Counted from the first letter of the stretch, positions 1 to 9,778 are shown. The stretch is DNA of 56,710 nucleotides from an uncultured Oscillospiraceae bacterium (GCA_964441805.1 CAYTVH010000002.1:1-56710); one strand, 5' to 3'. Notes: generated from the sequence alone by a model not told the origin. Made by a program: numbers and translations.

Positions 1-1034
1 ACTGAACCGTAGCCCAGCTTGAATGACACGATATCGCCTACCTTGTAATCGGCTTTAGTAACATCCAGCAGCATGTGATCGGAACTTGCTCCAAGCACGT
101 CGATGCGTTCATCCATCGGATACATAGAATCTGCTGTCATATCCTGCTGGCCGATGCCGATGATGGCTCTCTTGATGATGCCGCGGTCTTCATAGTACGG
201 CTTCTGACCAAAAGCATCCACACCGACTTCGCCGATAGGAAGGGATGGTTTTTCCTTCAGTTCTACGATCTGAGCTTCTACGATCAGAGCATCGTCAACT
301 GTTCCCTCAAGTCTTTCACCGTATGCAGTGTCGTTGCCGAGAAGGAAAGCCTCGCCAAGTCTCAGATTATTGATCTTTTCAGGAAGCTCGCCTTTTCCTA
401 CCAGGTAGATGGAGCTGGAGTTTCCGCCGGAGATCATGTTCAGCTTCTTGCCTGTGGCTTCTTCGATCTTAGCTGCAAAGTCGCAGATTATGCTCAGGTT
501 ATCGTTCTTTGGAATGATAGCGCCGTAGCATGTCAGATTAACGCCCACGCCGTAAAGCTCAACGTTTGCCATAGCTTCGATCTTCAGGGCTGTTCCAATG
601 ATTTCTTCCTCGTTTTGGAAGAAGATACCTTCTCTCAGGTCGCCTACATCTATCATAAGAACAACTTTGTGGACTTTGCCCTGCTTAGCTGCTTCTTCGT
701 TGAGCATTTCCAAAGTCGCCATTTCCGAGTTGAAACTGATGTCAACGTACTTAACCACTTCTTCGATCTCAGATGCCATAGGCAGTCTCAGCAGAACGCT
801 CTGCTTGCCGTTTGCCTTGATGGTATCGTAATTCTTTTTGATGTTCTGAACTCTTGAATCAGCCAGATAATCTACTGCCGGATGTGCTGCGATCATATCA
901 ACGACTTTCTCATCTGCGCAAAGTGCCTTGGTTACGATCATCAGTGAGCATCCGCCCTGTTCTTTAGCTATTTCAGCAACTCCATCGATGTTGCCTCTGA
1001 GTTTTGCCATGTCGATCACTAATCTTGGATACAT
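1..1034 (-). CDS. orr: Alanine/ornithine racemase-family PLP enzyme (ornithine racemase-like); 3' end runs off the window
   Basis: Not in the ORF track; read manually. ATG at 1034 after an AGGAGG RBS gives MYPRLVIDMAKLRGNIDGVAEIAKEQGGCSLMIVTKALCAD...DYLADSRVQNIKK, with YKVGDIVSFKLGYGS near the window edge. The PLP Lys is in VTK; pattern is typical of Orr/YhfX. Confidence 0.8.
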   Translation of the reverse strand, partial: MYPRLVIDMAKLRGNIDGVAEIAKEQGGCSLMIVTKALCADEKVVDMIAAHPAVDYLADSRVQNIKKNYDTIKANGKQSVLLRLPMASEIEEVVKYVDISFNSEMATLEMLNEEAAKQGKVHKVVLMIDVGDLREGIFFQNEEEIIGTALKIEAMANVELYGVGVNLTCYGAIIPKNDNLSIICDFAAKIEEATGKKLNMISGGNSSSIYLVGKGELPEKINNLRLGEAFLLGNDTAYGERLEGTVDDALIVEAQIVELKEKPSLPIGEVGVDAFGQKPYYEDRGIIKRAIIGIGQQDMTADSMYPMDERIDVLGASSDHMLLDVTKADYKVGDIVSFKLGYGS

Positions 1035-1035
1035 G

Positions 1036-1935
1036 TTAGAACCTCCTCATTTTTATACTTGCCGCTTCAACTACGTGTTTCATAAGCACTGCAGTTGTAA
1101 CGCTTCCAACGCCGCCCGGCACCGGGGTTATGGCCGCTGCACGGGCGCCAATACCTGTTGTGTACGTTCCGTCTTCCGCCGCCTGTTCCTTATCAAAATC
1201 CACGTCTCCGCAAAGCTTGCCGTTTTCATCCATGTTGATGCCGACGTCGATTATTATCTGTCCCTCGCCCAGCATATCTTCCTTTATCATGCGAGCTTTA
1301 CCCACAGCTGCGATCACGATATCTGCACCTGCTCCTGCTGCTGCAAAATCTTCAGGCTTAGTTCTGCTGTGGCATATGGTCACGGTGGCATTCTTCTTCA
1401 TGGCCATCATGGCTGCAGGCTTACCGATAACAAGGCTCCTGCCCATGACCGTCACTTTCTTGCCGGAAAGATCATATCCGTAGTGGTCGAAGATCTCCAT
1501 GCAAGCCGCTGCAGTACATGGCGGGAATCCCACGCTGCTGTCCATGAATACGCCTGCAAGGGAACCTGCTGTTATTCCATCTATATCTTTGGCAGGATCC
1601 AGGACTTCGCATACTGCTTTCTCATCCATATGTTCAGGAAGCGGTCTGAAAATCAGCACTCCGTGGACAGAGTCATCTGTGTTCAGTTTTTTGATTTCGT
1701 CGATCAACTCTTCCTGAGCTGCGACCCTCGGAAGTACGATACTCTTTACTTCAACGCCGACTTCCGCGGCACGCTTCACTGCGCCCTTTTCGTAAGAAAG
1801 ATCTCCCGGATCTTCTCCGAGACGCACAATAGCGATCGTCGGAACGACACCGGAAGCCCTGAGTTTTGCAGCCTTCTCGGCGATTTCTGCAGTTATGCGG
1901 TCAGCGACCGGTTTGCCTTTTAAAAGTTGTGCCAT
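1036..1935 (-). CDS. folD: Methylenetetrahydrofolate dehydrogenase (FolD family)
   Basis: KDIDG, PCTAAA, GRSLVIGKP, DVGIN, GDVDF and TPVPGGVGSVT motifs; next to fhs. Confidence 0.95.
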   Translation of the reverse strand: MAQLLKGKPVADRITAEIAEKAAKLRASGVVPTIAIVRLGEDPGDLSYEKGAVKRAAEVGVEVKSIVLPRVAAQEELIDEIKKLNTDDSVHGVLIFRPLPEHMDEKAVCEVLDPAKDIDGITAGSLAGVFMDSSVGFPPCTAAACMEIFDHYGYDLSGKKVTVMGRSLVIGKPAAMMAMKKNATVTICHSRTKPEDFAAAGAGADIVIAAVGKARMIKEDMLGEGQIIIDVGINMDENGKLCGDVDFDKEQAAEDGTYTTGIGARAAAITPVPGGVGSVTTAVLMKHVVEAASIKMRRF

Positions 1936-1971
1936 TTTTACCTCGATGTTCTCTGAAAAATCCGTAGCCTT

Positions 1972-2000
1972 ATTATACTCTCTAGGCCGGAAAATGACAA
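1972..2000 (-). promoter_or_regulatory. sigmaA-type promoter of folD-orr
   Basis: TTGTCA-17 nt-TATAAT on the minus strand. Confidence 0.6.
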
Positions 2001-2010
2001 CAAACTACAT

Positions 2011-2043
2011 GAAAAAGACGTTCCGGATATCCGAAACGTCTTC
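2011..2043 (-). terminator. Intrinsic terminator after fhs
   Basis: AAGACGTTTCGG-ATAT-CCGGAACGTCTT followed by Ts. Confidence 0.6.
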
Positions 2044-2082
2044 TGTTTTCTATTGTCTGCCAACTGCCTGGCGGCTTTTCAC

Positions 2083-3759
2083 TTAGAACAATCCTGTGAT
2101 CTTGCCTGTGTTGTCCACGTCGATCTTTTCTGCCGCAGGAACCTTAGGCAGTCCCGGCATCGTCATGATGTCGCCTGTGAGGGCAACGATGAAGCCTGCG
2201 CCTGCCGATACCTTCAGATTCCTGATGGTCAGGACGAAATCTCTAGGTGCACCCAGAAGTTTAGGATCGTCTGAGAAGCTGTACTGAGTCTTGGCCATGC
2301 AAATAGGCAGGTTGCCGAATCCCAGCGCTTCCAACTGCTTCAGCTGTTTCATGGCTGCAGGCAGGATAGCGATGTCCTTAGCACGATAGATCTTCTGAGC
2401 GATAGTTCTGATCTTTTCTTCGATGGAAATATCCAGGCTGTATAACTGGTCGAAGTTGTTTGGTTCTTCGCAAAGTCTCACCACTTCTTCAGCCAGAGCG
2501 ATACCGCCTTCGCTGCCCTTGCCCCATACTTCACTGAGGGCCACGTTTACGCCCAGCTCCTTGCACTTGGCTTCTACGAGAGCCAGTTCAGCTTCTGTAT
2601 CCGTAGGGAATCTGTTGATGGCAACCACTGCAGGAAGTCCGTACACTTTAGTTACGTTTTCAACGTGCTGCAGCAGGTTAGGGAGTCCCTTTTCGAGAGC
2701 TTCCAAGTTTTCTGCCCCAAGATCAGCCTTGGCAACGCCTCCGTGGTGCTTGAGGGCTCTTACTGTGGCAACGATAACTACTGCTGATGGTTTGATCCCT
2801 GCCATACGGCACTTGATGTCCAGGAACTTTTCTGCTCCAAGGTCAGCACCGAAGCCTGCTTCAGTAACTACGTAATCAGCCATCTTCATGGCCATCTTGG
2901 TAGCCATCACTGAGTTACATCCGTGGGCGATATTTGCAAAAGGTCCGCCGTGGATGAACGCCGGAGTCTTTTCCAGAGTCTGTACCAGGTTTGGCTTGAG
3001 GGCATCCTTCAGCAGGGCTGCCATCGCACCTTCTGCCTTCAGCTGTCCAGCAGTTACAGGCTCGTCAGCGTAGCTGTATCCAACGATTATATTTGAAATT
3101 CTTTCTTTCAGGTCGTCGATGTCCTTTGACAGGCAAAGGATCGCCATTACTTCACTGGCAACTGTGATATCGAAACCGTCTTCTCTAGGAGTTCCGTTTG
3201 GCTTACCGCCCAGACCGTCAACTACGAATCTCAGCTGTCTGTCGTTCATGTCCACGCATCTCTTCCATGTGATCTTTCTAGGGTCGATGCCAAGAACGTT
3301 ACCTTGCTGGATGTGGTTGTCAAGCAGTGCGGCCAGCAGATTGTTAGCAGCTCCGATGGCGTGCATGTCTCCTGTGAAATGGAGGTTGATGTCTTCCATA
3401 GGAACTACCTGTGCATAACCGCCGCCTGCAGCTCCGCCCTTTACACCGAAAACAGGTCCCAGGGATGGTTCCCTCAGCGCTACCATTACTTTCTTATCTA
3501 TTTTCTTCATTGCGTCAGCCAGACCAACTGTTGTAGTAGTCTTGCCTTCACCTGCAGGTGTTGGTGATATGGCTGTTACAAGGATCACCTTGGCGTCAGG
3601 TGTGTCCTTCTTTTCCTGCAGCAGATTGTAGTCGATCTTAGCTTTATAGTTACCATAAAGTTCAATGTATTTAGGGTCTATACCGGCTGAAACGGCTATT
3701 TCCTGAATGTTTGTCATTTCCGTTTCCTGTGCGATCTGAATATCACTCTTGAATTCCAT
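2083..3759 (-). CDS. fhs: Formate--tetrahydrofolate ligase
   Basis: [40 protein letters not shown] and [14 protein letters not shown] signatures; 558 aa. Confidence 0.99.
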   Translation of the reverse strand: MEFKSDIQIAQETEMTNIQEIAVSAGIDPKYIELYGNYKAKIDYNLLQEKKDTPDAKVILVTAISPTPAGEGKTTTTVGLADAMKKIDKKVMVALREPSLGPVFGVKGGAAGGGYAQVVPMEDINLHFTGDMHAIGAANNLLAALLDNHIQQGNVLGIDPRKITWKRCVDMNDRQLRFVVDGLGGKPNGTPREDGFDITVASEVMAILCLSKDIDDLKERISNIIVGYSYADEPVTAGQLKAEGAMAALLKDALKPNLVQTLEKTPAFIHGGPFANIAHGCNSVMATKMAMKMADYVVTEAGFGADLGAEKFLDIKCRMAGIKPSAVVIVATVRALKHHGGVAKADLGAENLEALEKGLPNLLQHVENVTKVYGLPAVVAINRFPTDTEAELALVEAKCKELGVNVALSEVWGKGSEGGIALAEEVVRLCEEPNNFDQLYSLDISIEEKIRTIAQKIYRAKDIAILPAAMKQLKQLEALGFGNLPICMAKTQYSFSDDPKLLGAPRDFVLTIRNLKVSAGAGFIVALTGDIMTMPGLPKVPAAEKIDVDNTGKITGLF

Positions 3760-3794
3760 GTTTACTCTCCTTTTCGTAAAAATACTTTCACCCT

Positions 3795-3823
3795 ACATTA
3801 CCTTGTTTTTACCACTGTGTCAA
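3795..3823 (-). promoter_or_regulatory. sigmaA-type promoter of fhs
   Basis: TTGACA-17 nt-TAATGT. Confidence 0.5.
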
Positions 3824-3882
3824 TCAGTCCCGTTTCAAAGTGCAATTTTAGTGCAAATCTTTTATGACATCATATTATCATG

Positions 3883-4593
3883 CTAAAGCACAATATTCTT
3901 GAGGAACGTCCTTCTGTGGATCGGACACATGCCCCGGGCGTGGAGACCTTCATAGTGGGCCTTGGTGCCGTATCCTTTGTTCTTCGCAAAGGCGTAGCCG
4001 GGATATTCCTTGTCGTATTCTACCATCATGCGGTCTCTTGTGACTTTGGCGATGATGGACGCTGCTGCGATGGCCAGTATGTTGGCATCGCCTTTGATGA
4101 TGGATTCCTGCGGAGTATCGATGTCTTCGATTTTCATGGCATCGAAGAGGATGTAGTCGATGGCCGCGGTGCCTGCCGTGCCTTCAGCCTCGATATCTGC
4201 CGGTTTTCCTTCAGCCTGCTTCTTACGAAGGTCAGCATTTGCCGCTTCCACGGCCCTTACCATGGCCAGCTTCGTTGCCTGCAGGATATTGATCTCATCG
4301 ATGACCTTTTCGGATGCCATACCTATGCCGACAGCCACTGCCCTTTCCATGATGATGTCGAAGAGTTCTTCTCTCTTTTTCTCTGATAGTTTTTTGGAAT
4401 CGTCTATCCCAAGTACATCGAAGTCTTCAGGAAGTACCACCGCTGCAGTGACCACCGGTCCTGCCAGCGGGCCTCTGCCCACTTCGTCTACTCCTGCTAT
4501 ATATTTATAACCTTCAGCCCTCAGCTGATCTTCTCTGACCCTCATACGAGCCAGTTTCTCACGCTGAAGCTGCAGTCTTTCTTCCTTAGTCAT
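3883..4593 (-). CDS. rnhB: Ribonuclease HII
   Basis: AGVDEVGRGPLAGPV, DSKKL, KGD, AAASIIAKVTRD, KGYGT, HRRTF. Confidence 0.97.
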   Translation of the reverse strand: MTKEERLQLQREKLARMRVREDQLRAEGYKYIAGVDEVGRGPLAGPVVTAAVVLPEDFDVLGIDDSKKLSEKKREELFDIIMERAVAVGIGMASEKVIDEINILQATKLAMVRAVEAANADLRKKQAEGKPADIEAEGTAGTAAIDYILFDAMKIEDIDTPQESIIKGDANILAIAAASIIAKVTRDRMMVEYDKEYPGYAFAKNKGYGTKAHYEGLHARGMCPIHRRTFLKNIVL

Positions 4594-4614
4594 TTCAATA
4601 CCTCCGGCGGCTGC

Positions 4615-5460
4615 CTATTCCGCCCTCTCGGGTTCCTCCAAAGTGATCCTGCCGATCTTGCCTCCTCTGAATTCATCGAGGACCAGTTTGCCGATGCGCT
4701 CGTAATCTATCCTCTTGCCCGGCAGGATGCAGCCACGCTTCATGGCCATGTTTTCCATGTTCTCAAGGGGTGTTTCTGCGATCCCTTCCAGCTTATATCT
4801 TTCCATCAGAAGGTCCGGATAGTTTTCCGCCAGTACGCCGATCAGTTCCATCCCCAGGGTAGGCACATCAAGTATCTCATCCTTGATGGATCCGCAAAAG
4901 GCCAGGTCCAGTCCAGCCTTAGGGTCTTCGAATTTAGGCCATAAGATCCCCGGAGTATCTAAAAGCTGCATGTTGTTGGCCAGCTTCAGCCACTGCTTGC
5001 CCTTGGTAACGCCCGGTCTGTCCCCTGTCTGCGCACTCTTTTTGCCTGTCATCCTGTTGATGAGAGAGGACTTGCCCACGTTTGGCACTCCCACGATCAT
5101 CAGTCTGAAAGCCTTCTGCATCACTCGATCCTTGTTCTTGTCCGCCGCCATCTTTTCCAGGATCTTGAACAGATCTTTGACGCCTGCTCCGCTCATGCAG
5201 TTCATGGAAAGGACTCTGTTCCCTTCAGCTTTGAACTTTTCTTCCCATGCCTTGCTGATCTTTTCATCTGCCAGGTCGCTCTTGTTTAAGACGATGATCC
5301 TTGGTTTTGATTTCACCAGCTCATCGATGATGGGATTTCTGCTTGATACGGGGATGCGGGCATCTATGACTTCGATGACTGCGTCCACCATTTTTAAGTT
5401 CTCCTGTATCAGCTCCCTGGTCTTTTTCATATGACCGGGATACCAGTTTATGTTCTGCAT
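4615..5460 (-). CDS. rbgA: Ribosome biogenesis GTPase RbgA/YlqF
   Basis: Start moved to MQNINWYPGHM (ATG 5460, AAGGAG RBS); DARIP, NKSDL, GVPNVGKSS, DTPG. Confidence 0.97.
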   Translation of the reverse strand: MQNINWYPGHMKKTRELIQENLKMVDAVIEVIDARIPVSSRNPIIDELVKSKPRIIVLNKSDLADEKISKAWEEKFKAEGNRVLSMNCMSGAGVKDLFKILEKMAADKNKDRVMQKAFRLMIVGVPNVGKSSLINRMTGKKSAQTGDRPGVTKGKQWLKLANNMQLLDTPGILWPKFEDPKAGLDLAFCGSIKDEILDVPTLGMELIGVLAENYPDLLMERYKLEGIAETPLENMENMAMKRGCILPGKRIDYERIGKLVLDEFRGGKIGRITLEEPERAE

Positions 5461-5509
5461 AGTGCGCTCCTTAAAATTCAAAAGGAGCCAATAAGGCTCC
5501 TCCTTTAAA

Positions 5510-5857
5510 CTATTTAACGTCTCTTGACTTGATCTTAGCTGACTTACCTGTTCTCTGACGCATGTAGTGAAGTCTTGCTCTTCTAACCTTACCACGTCTT
5601 ACAACTTCGATCTTTTCTACCAGCGGTGAGTGCAGTGGGAAAGTTTTTTCCACGCCAACGCCTGAAGCGATTCTTCTAACTGTGAAAGTTTCGCCGATTC
5701 CGCCATTCTGTCTCTTTAAAACAAAGCCTTCGAATATCTGGATTCTTTCTCTGTTTCCTTCTTTGATTTTAACGTGTACCTTAACAGTGTCACCAACGTT
5801 AAATGCAGGGATATCAGTCTTGATATATTCCTGTACTACTGAATCTAATACGTTCAT
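5510..5857 (-). CDS. rplS: 50S ribosomal protein L19
   Basis: [48 protein letters not shown] 5857 with AGGAGG RBS. Confidence 0.99.
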   Translation of the reverse strand: MNVLDSVVQEYIKTDIPAFNVGDTVKVHVKIKEGNRERIQIFEGFVLKRQNGGIGETFTVRRIASGVGVEKTFPLHSPLVEKIEVVRRGKVRRARLHYMRQRTGKSAKIKSRDVK

Positions 5858-5879
5858 TGATATTTCCTCCTTCCCTCCA

Positions 5880-5931
5880 AGACGTTCGTGCAAACACAGC
5901 TCCAGTGCCGTCTACAGAGGACCGCCCGTAA
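5880..5931 (-). ncRNA. Probable L19 ribosomal protein leader
   Basis: 5'UTR of rplS reads ACGGGCGGTCCTCTG...GCACGAACGTC, between the promoter and RBS; resembles Firmicute L19 leaders from memory. Confidence 0.55.
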
Positions 5932-5962
5932 AATCTTGTGCGTTCTTCGCACATGCCTAGTA

Positions 5963-5991
5963 ATTATATATCAAAGAATATTAGTTTGCAA
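5963..5991 (-). promoter_or_regulatory. sigmaA promoter of rplS-rbgA-rnhB
   Basis: TTGCAA-17 nt-TATAAT. Confidence 0.7.
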
Positions 5992-6028
5992 GCAATTTTT
6001 TATTGATTTTCCGGTATTTTTCAATGTT

Positions 6029-6913
6029 TTAAGCTCTCGGATGAGTTTTGTCGTAAACATCCTTGATCCTGTTCTTGGTCACCGACAGATATGCCTGGGT
6101 AGCAGTGATATCTTCATGCCCCATCAGCTCCTGCAAAGATTTCAGATCCGCTCCGTTCTGCAGCATATGCACTGCAAAGGAGTTTCGCATGATGTTAGGG
6201 GTGAGCCTTTTCTCTATGCCGGCCTTTTCGCCGTATTCCTTTAGGACTTTCCAAAGACCCTGTCTTGTGATCCTGCCGCCAAAATAATTGACAAACAAAG
6301 CCTTTTCTTCCGTGTTATCTCTTACCAGCATCTTTCTGGCTTCATATATGTACACTTCCAAAGCTGCACGTGCCGGTCTTCCCAAAGGTACGATACGCGC
6401 CTTGCTCTGCTCTCCCGCGCAGGTGATGAATCCCATCCTCATGTTGATATCTTCAAGGTCTGCTTCTATCAGCTCGCTTACTCTGATACCTGTGGCATAA
6501 AGGACTTCCAGGATCGCTCTGTCTCTGATTCCCCTTACGCTGCCGTCGGGAACCGAAAGGAGCCTGTCCACTTCTTCAAGGGTGAGATATTCCAGCTCTT
6601 TTCTTTCGATCTTGGGCGATTTGATATCTGCAGTAGGATTGCTCTGCATCAGTCCTGAGTTTATCAAATAGTTGAAGAAAGCTCTTATGGACGCCAGCTT
6701 CCTGTTTACAGTCGCAGCAGATTTGCCGGATATTTTCAAATTGTGGAGGAATGCAACTATCTCGGTGCTTGAAGTTTCGAGAATATCGGCCATTCCCCTT
6801 GAGCCCTCGAATGAAATGAACTCCCGGACATCTCTCTTATATGCCTCCAGGGTGTTCTTTGACATCCTGCGCTCTTTTTGTAAATACTCCATAAAGCCTT
6901 TTATGTACATCAC
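6029..6913 (-). CDS. xerD: Tyrosine recombinase, XerD-like
   Basis: RDRAILEVLYATGIRVSEL, TPNIMRNSFAVHMLQNGADL, LMGHEDITATQAY; conserved nudF-spoIIM-xerD neighbourhood. Confidence 0.85.
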   Translation of the reverse strand: MMYIKGFMEYLQKERRMSKNTLEAYKRDVREFISFEGSRGMADILETSSTEIVAFLHNLKISGKSAATVNRKLASIRAFFNYLINSGLMQSNPTADIKSPKIERKELEYLTLEEVDRLLSVPDGSVRGIRDRAILEVLYATGIRVSELIEADLEDINMRMGFITCAGEQSKARIVPLGRPARAALEVYIYEARKMLVRDNTEEKALFVNYFGGRITRQGLWKVLKEYGEKAGIEKRLTPNIMRNSFAVHMLQNGADLKSLQELMGHEDITATQAYLSVTKNRIKDVYDKTHPRA

Positions 6914-6966
6914 TATCTACCTTTCTCCAACGCTACATTTAGTTAGCAAAATCAATTATAACATCT

Positions 6967-6996
6967 GTCATAATCCCTGTCCACCCGGCATAATCT
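6967..6996 (+). promoter_or_regulatory. Putative sigmaE (mother-cell) promoter of the spoIIM-like gene
   Basis: GTCATA-16 nt-CATAATCT upstream of the RBS. Confidence 0.45.
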
Positions 6997-7022
6997 TTAT
7001 TGAACCCAAGGAGGATGTACAT

Positions 7023-7562
7023 ATGAAAAAAATTGCCGTAATATCTATATTCGTTTTTCTTACCGGGCTTTTCGCCGGGCTTTTTTTCAGTACCGGTCTT
7101 TCCGAGGAAAACACTGATTATCTTTCGGACCTTATGACAACAGCTGCCGCAAATACTTCAGCCGGTTTTTTCAGGTGCCTGCTTTCTTCGCTGGTATCCA
7201 ATCTCTCCCTTGCGGCATTGATGGCAGCCTCCATCGCATCGGGGCTCCTGTGTTTTTTGCCATTCCTTCTCCTGTGGTACAAAAGCTTCGCCGCCGGATT
7301 CTGCAGCGGTCTCATTTATCTCAGCGGCGCAGATGATGCCTTTCTCATATCGCTGGTCAAGATACTTCCTCCCAACCTATTCTTACTCCCTGCCTTCATA
7401 GCCCTTGCCGCCGCCACTGCCATATATTCCAAAGGGCATTTTCTCAAAACAAAAAGACCTTCTCGCGAAAAGAAGGTCCTTCAAACTGTCATATTCATTT
7501 CATTGGGTGCCATCACCGCAGGCTGCATCGTGGAAGCCGTCTGTCATATGATAAGCATTTGA
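7023..7562 (+). CDS. spoIIM: Stage II sporulation protein M-like membrane protein
   Basis: ATG 7023 after AAGGAGG; 179-aa hydrophobic protein with LLWYKSFAAGF, ILPPNLFLLPAF and a C-terminal IVEA; located between nudF and xerD. Confidence 0.7.
   Translation: MKKIAVISIFVFLTGLFAGLFFSTGLSEENTDYLSDLMTTAAANTSAGFFRCLLSSLVSNLSLAALMAASIASGLLCFLPFLLLWYKSFAAGFCSGLIYLSGADDAFLISLVKILPPNLFLLPAFIALAAATAIYSKGHFLKTKRPSREKKVLQTVIFISLGAITAGCIVEAVCHMISI
7446..7481 (-). terminator. Intrinsic terminator for the proB-proC-nudF transcript, embedded antisense in spoIIM
   Basis: Minus strand GGACCTTCT-TTTCGCG-AGAAGGTCT followed by TTTTGTTTT. Confidence 0.5.
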
Positions 7563-7590
7563 GGCCCGGGCTGAAATATCAGCTCTGCCT

Positions 7591-8127
7591 TTATAACCCC
7601 AGCTGCTCCTTTGCCATCAGCAGTGCTGCTACTGTTTTGGCATCTATCAGTTTGCCGGAAGATGCCATATCGTATACTTCTTTGAAAGGTATTTCGATCA
7701 CATTGAGGGCTTCATCTTCATCCAGCTGCTGCTGACCTGCAGTGAGGCCTGTCATGGCGAAGACGCTGATCATCTCCTCTGAATAAGCCGCGCTGGTATT
7801 TATTCTGCCCAGCGGGATAATGTTCTCTGCAGTATAGCCGGTCTCTTCTTTGAGTTCCCTTGCGGCAACTGCTGCCGGGTCTGTTTCGCCTGTATCTATC
7901 TTGCCTGCCGGTATCTCCAGAACAGCTCTGCCGCATGCGTATCTGAACTGTTCGACCATTACGATATTGCCTTCATCGGTTATAGGCACCATGGCAACTG
8001 CGCCGTTGTGCTCGATGATTTCTCTGTATGCCTCTCCCTTAACTGCTGTGACTTTATCGCGTCTCACGTTGAGGATAGCACCTTCGTATATCCTTTCACT
8101 GCTGATTCTCTTCTCTTCAAAAATCAT
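7591..8127 (-). CDS. nudF: NUDIX hydrolase (ADP-ribose pyrophosphatase)
   Basis: Nudix box EIPAGKIDTGETDPAAVAARELKEETG; QFRY; DAKT. Confidence 0.9.
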   Translation of the reverse strand: MIFEEKRISSERIYEGAILNVRRDKVTAVKGEAYREIIEHNGAVAMVPITDEGNIVMVEQFRYACGRAVLEIPAGKIDTGETDPAAVAARELKEETGYTAENIIPLGRINTSAAYSEEMISVFAMTGLTAGQQQLDEDEALNVIEIPFKEVYDMASSGKLIDAKTVAALLMAKEQLGL

Positions 8128-8936
8128 CGTTTTTCCTCCGCCATTTCTATGGATCTGTCCACCGCTGCCTGAAAGCCCTCCTTCACCTTATCCATGAATC
8201 CGTTTTCAAAAAGCTTGTTCACAGCTTCGATGGTGGTCCCGTTGGGAGAGCAGACATTTATCCTCAGCTGTTCAAGGCTTTCGGGACTTTCGAGGACCAT
8301 CTTTGCTGCTCCCAGAACTGCCTGAGCTGCAAAAACGCGCGCCTTTTCACCGTCCATCCCATTGTCTGCCGCTGCCTGAGCAAGGGCTTCGATATACATA
8401 TATGTGTATGCAGGGCTGCTTCCGCTGACTCCTATGACGCAGTCGATGAGGCTCTCGTCCACTTCTTCCGCCATGCCTATCGATCCGAAGATCTCCATGG
8501 CAGCATCAAAAACATCCGGTTCTGTATTGCTGTTTCTGCAGACTGCGATCATGGCTTGGCCCACCTTTGCAGGGGTGTTCGGCATTATCCTGATCACCTT
8601 GGCGTCGCTTCCAAGGTACTTTTCCACCACTGCCATATCTACTCCCGCAGCCATGGAAACCACAGTCTTGGATGTATCGTAACTGCCGGCGATCTCTTCC
8701 ATCACTCCTTCTATCACCTGAGGCTTAACCCCCAGGATCACCATATCGGCAGCCTTGCAAAGTTCACTTCCACTTTCGCAAAGCTCGAGGCCCGGTATAG
8801 CTTCCTTTGTCATTTTGCAAAGGTCTTCGTTCATGTCAAAGGCCAGCAGCTGATCGCCTGCTGCCTTTTCTGTTGCTGCGTATCCCGAAAGGATGGCGCC
8901 GCCCATATTTCCTATTCCTATGAATCCGATCTTCAT
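8124..8936 (-). CDS. proC: Pyrroline-5-carboxylate reductase
   Basis: GFIGIGNMG, VKPQ, RIMPNTP, SGSSPAY, CSPNGTT. Confidence 0.97.
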   Translation of the reverse strand: MKIGFIGIGNMGGAILSGYAATEKAAGDQLLAFDMNEDLCKMTKEAIPGLELCESGSELCKAADMVILGVKPQVIEGVMEEIAGSYDTSKTVVSMAAGVDMAVVEKYLGSDAKVIRIMPNTPAKVGQAMIAVCRNSNTEPDVFDAAMEIFGSIGMAEEVDESLIDCVIGVSGSSPAYTYMYIEALAQAAADNGMDGEKARVFAAQAVLGAAKMVLESPESLEQLRINVCSPNGTTIEAVNKLFENGFMDKVKEGFQAAVDRSIEMAEEKR

Positions 8937-8947
8937 TTTATCTCCTC

Positions 8948-9754
8948 TTACTTGCAGATCATTCCCAGAAACAGCGTTCCCTGTCCTGTGCCTTCAAGAC
9001 CTGCTCTGATTGTGTTTTCCTTGGAGCCGTTCAATAGCAGCATAGGTATGCCGAACTTGTTGACTTTGGATGCTGCTTCTATCTTGGTGGCGATACCGCC
9101 CGTTCCGAAGGAACTCTTTTCTCCTATGGCGATCTCAGCTTCCAGCTTGTCTGCGTTTTCCACCAGCTGAATGAGCTTTGCATCTTTATGTGTCTTAGGA
9201 TCTTTGTTAAATACGCCGTCTATATCGCTGAGGACGATGAGAAGGTCTGCATTCCACAAAGTTGCAGTGAGGGCTGCCAGGGTATCGTTGTCTCCGATCT
9301 TGATTTCATCTACGCTGACGCTGTCGTTTTCATTTATTACAGGCACCACCCCTTCATCGATGAGGGTAAACATGGCATTCCTGATGTTGAGAGTCCTGTG
9401 ATGATCGTTGAAGTCATCCCTTGTCAGGAGCATCTGAGCCACATGGATATCGTAATCTGCAAAGTACTCCTTGTATGCCATCATCAGTTCCACCTGGCCT
9501 ATGGCGCAGAGGGCCTGCTTATAGTTGATGTCACCGCGTCTGCTCCACTTGTTTATGGCGCCCACGCCGCAGATGCCTGCTCCCGATGATACGAGGATAA
9601 CCTGCTTTCCCATGCCCATGAGGTCATTTACCTGTTCGACGATGTTGTGCATTACTCTTTTGTTTACTGCACCGTTTTCATCGGAAAGCACGTTGCTCCC
9701 TATTTTGATAACTATTTTTCTGCTGTTCTTTATGGTTTCTCTCATCTGTTCCAT
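8948..9754 (-). CDS. proB: Glutamate 5-kinase (no PUA domain)
   Basis: Start moved to ATG 9754 (AGGAGG RBS); VIKIGSN, VSSGA, INEND, GDNDTL, GTGGIATK. Confidence 0.95.
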   Translation of the reverse strand: MEQMRETIKNSRKIVIKIGSNVLSDENGAVNKRVMHNIVEQVNDLMGMGKQVILVSSGAGICGVGAINKWSRRGDINYKQALCAIGQVELMMAYKEYFADYDIHVAQMLLTRDDFNDHHRTLNIRNAMFTLIDEGVVPVINENDSVSVDEIKIGDNDTLAALTATLWNADLLIVLSDIDGVFNKDPKTHKDAKLIQLVENADKLEAEIAIGEKSSFGTGGIATKIEAASKVNKFGIPMLLLNGSKENTIRAGLEGTGQGTLFLGMICK

Positions 9755-9778
9755 TGTGATGCCTCCTGTGCTTTGAAA

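Noticed and set aside
75..1923. Long plus-strand ORFs 75-857 and 928-1923, and many similar ones (e.g. 20563-21669, 52696-53544)
   Set aside because: Antisense shadows of well-supported minus-strand genes, with no recognisable motifs
3841..3857. Sigma54-like TTGCAC-N5-TTGCA upstream of fhs
   Set aside because: Lacks the invariant GG at -24, and a sigmaA promoter explains fhs; it could still be a TF site
3760..3880. THF or ZTP riboswitch upstream of fhs/folD
   Set aside because: The predicted leaders are only ~30 nt and no aptamer motif is visible
6029..6913. Prophage or ICE integrase
   Set aside because: Size and nudF/spoIIM context fit a chromosomal XerD, and there are no phage or conjugation genes nearby
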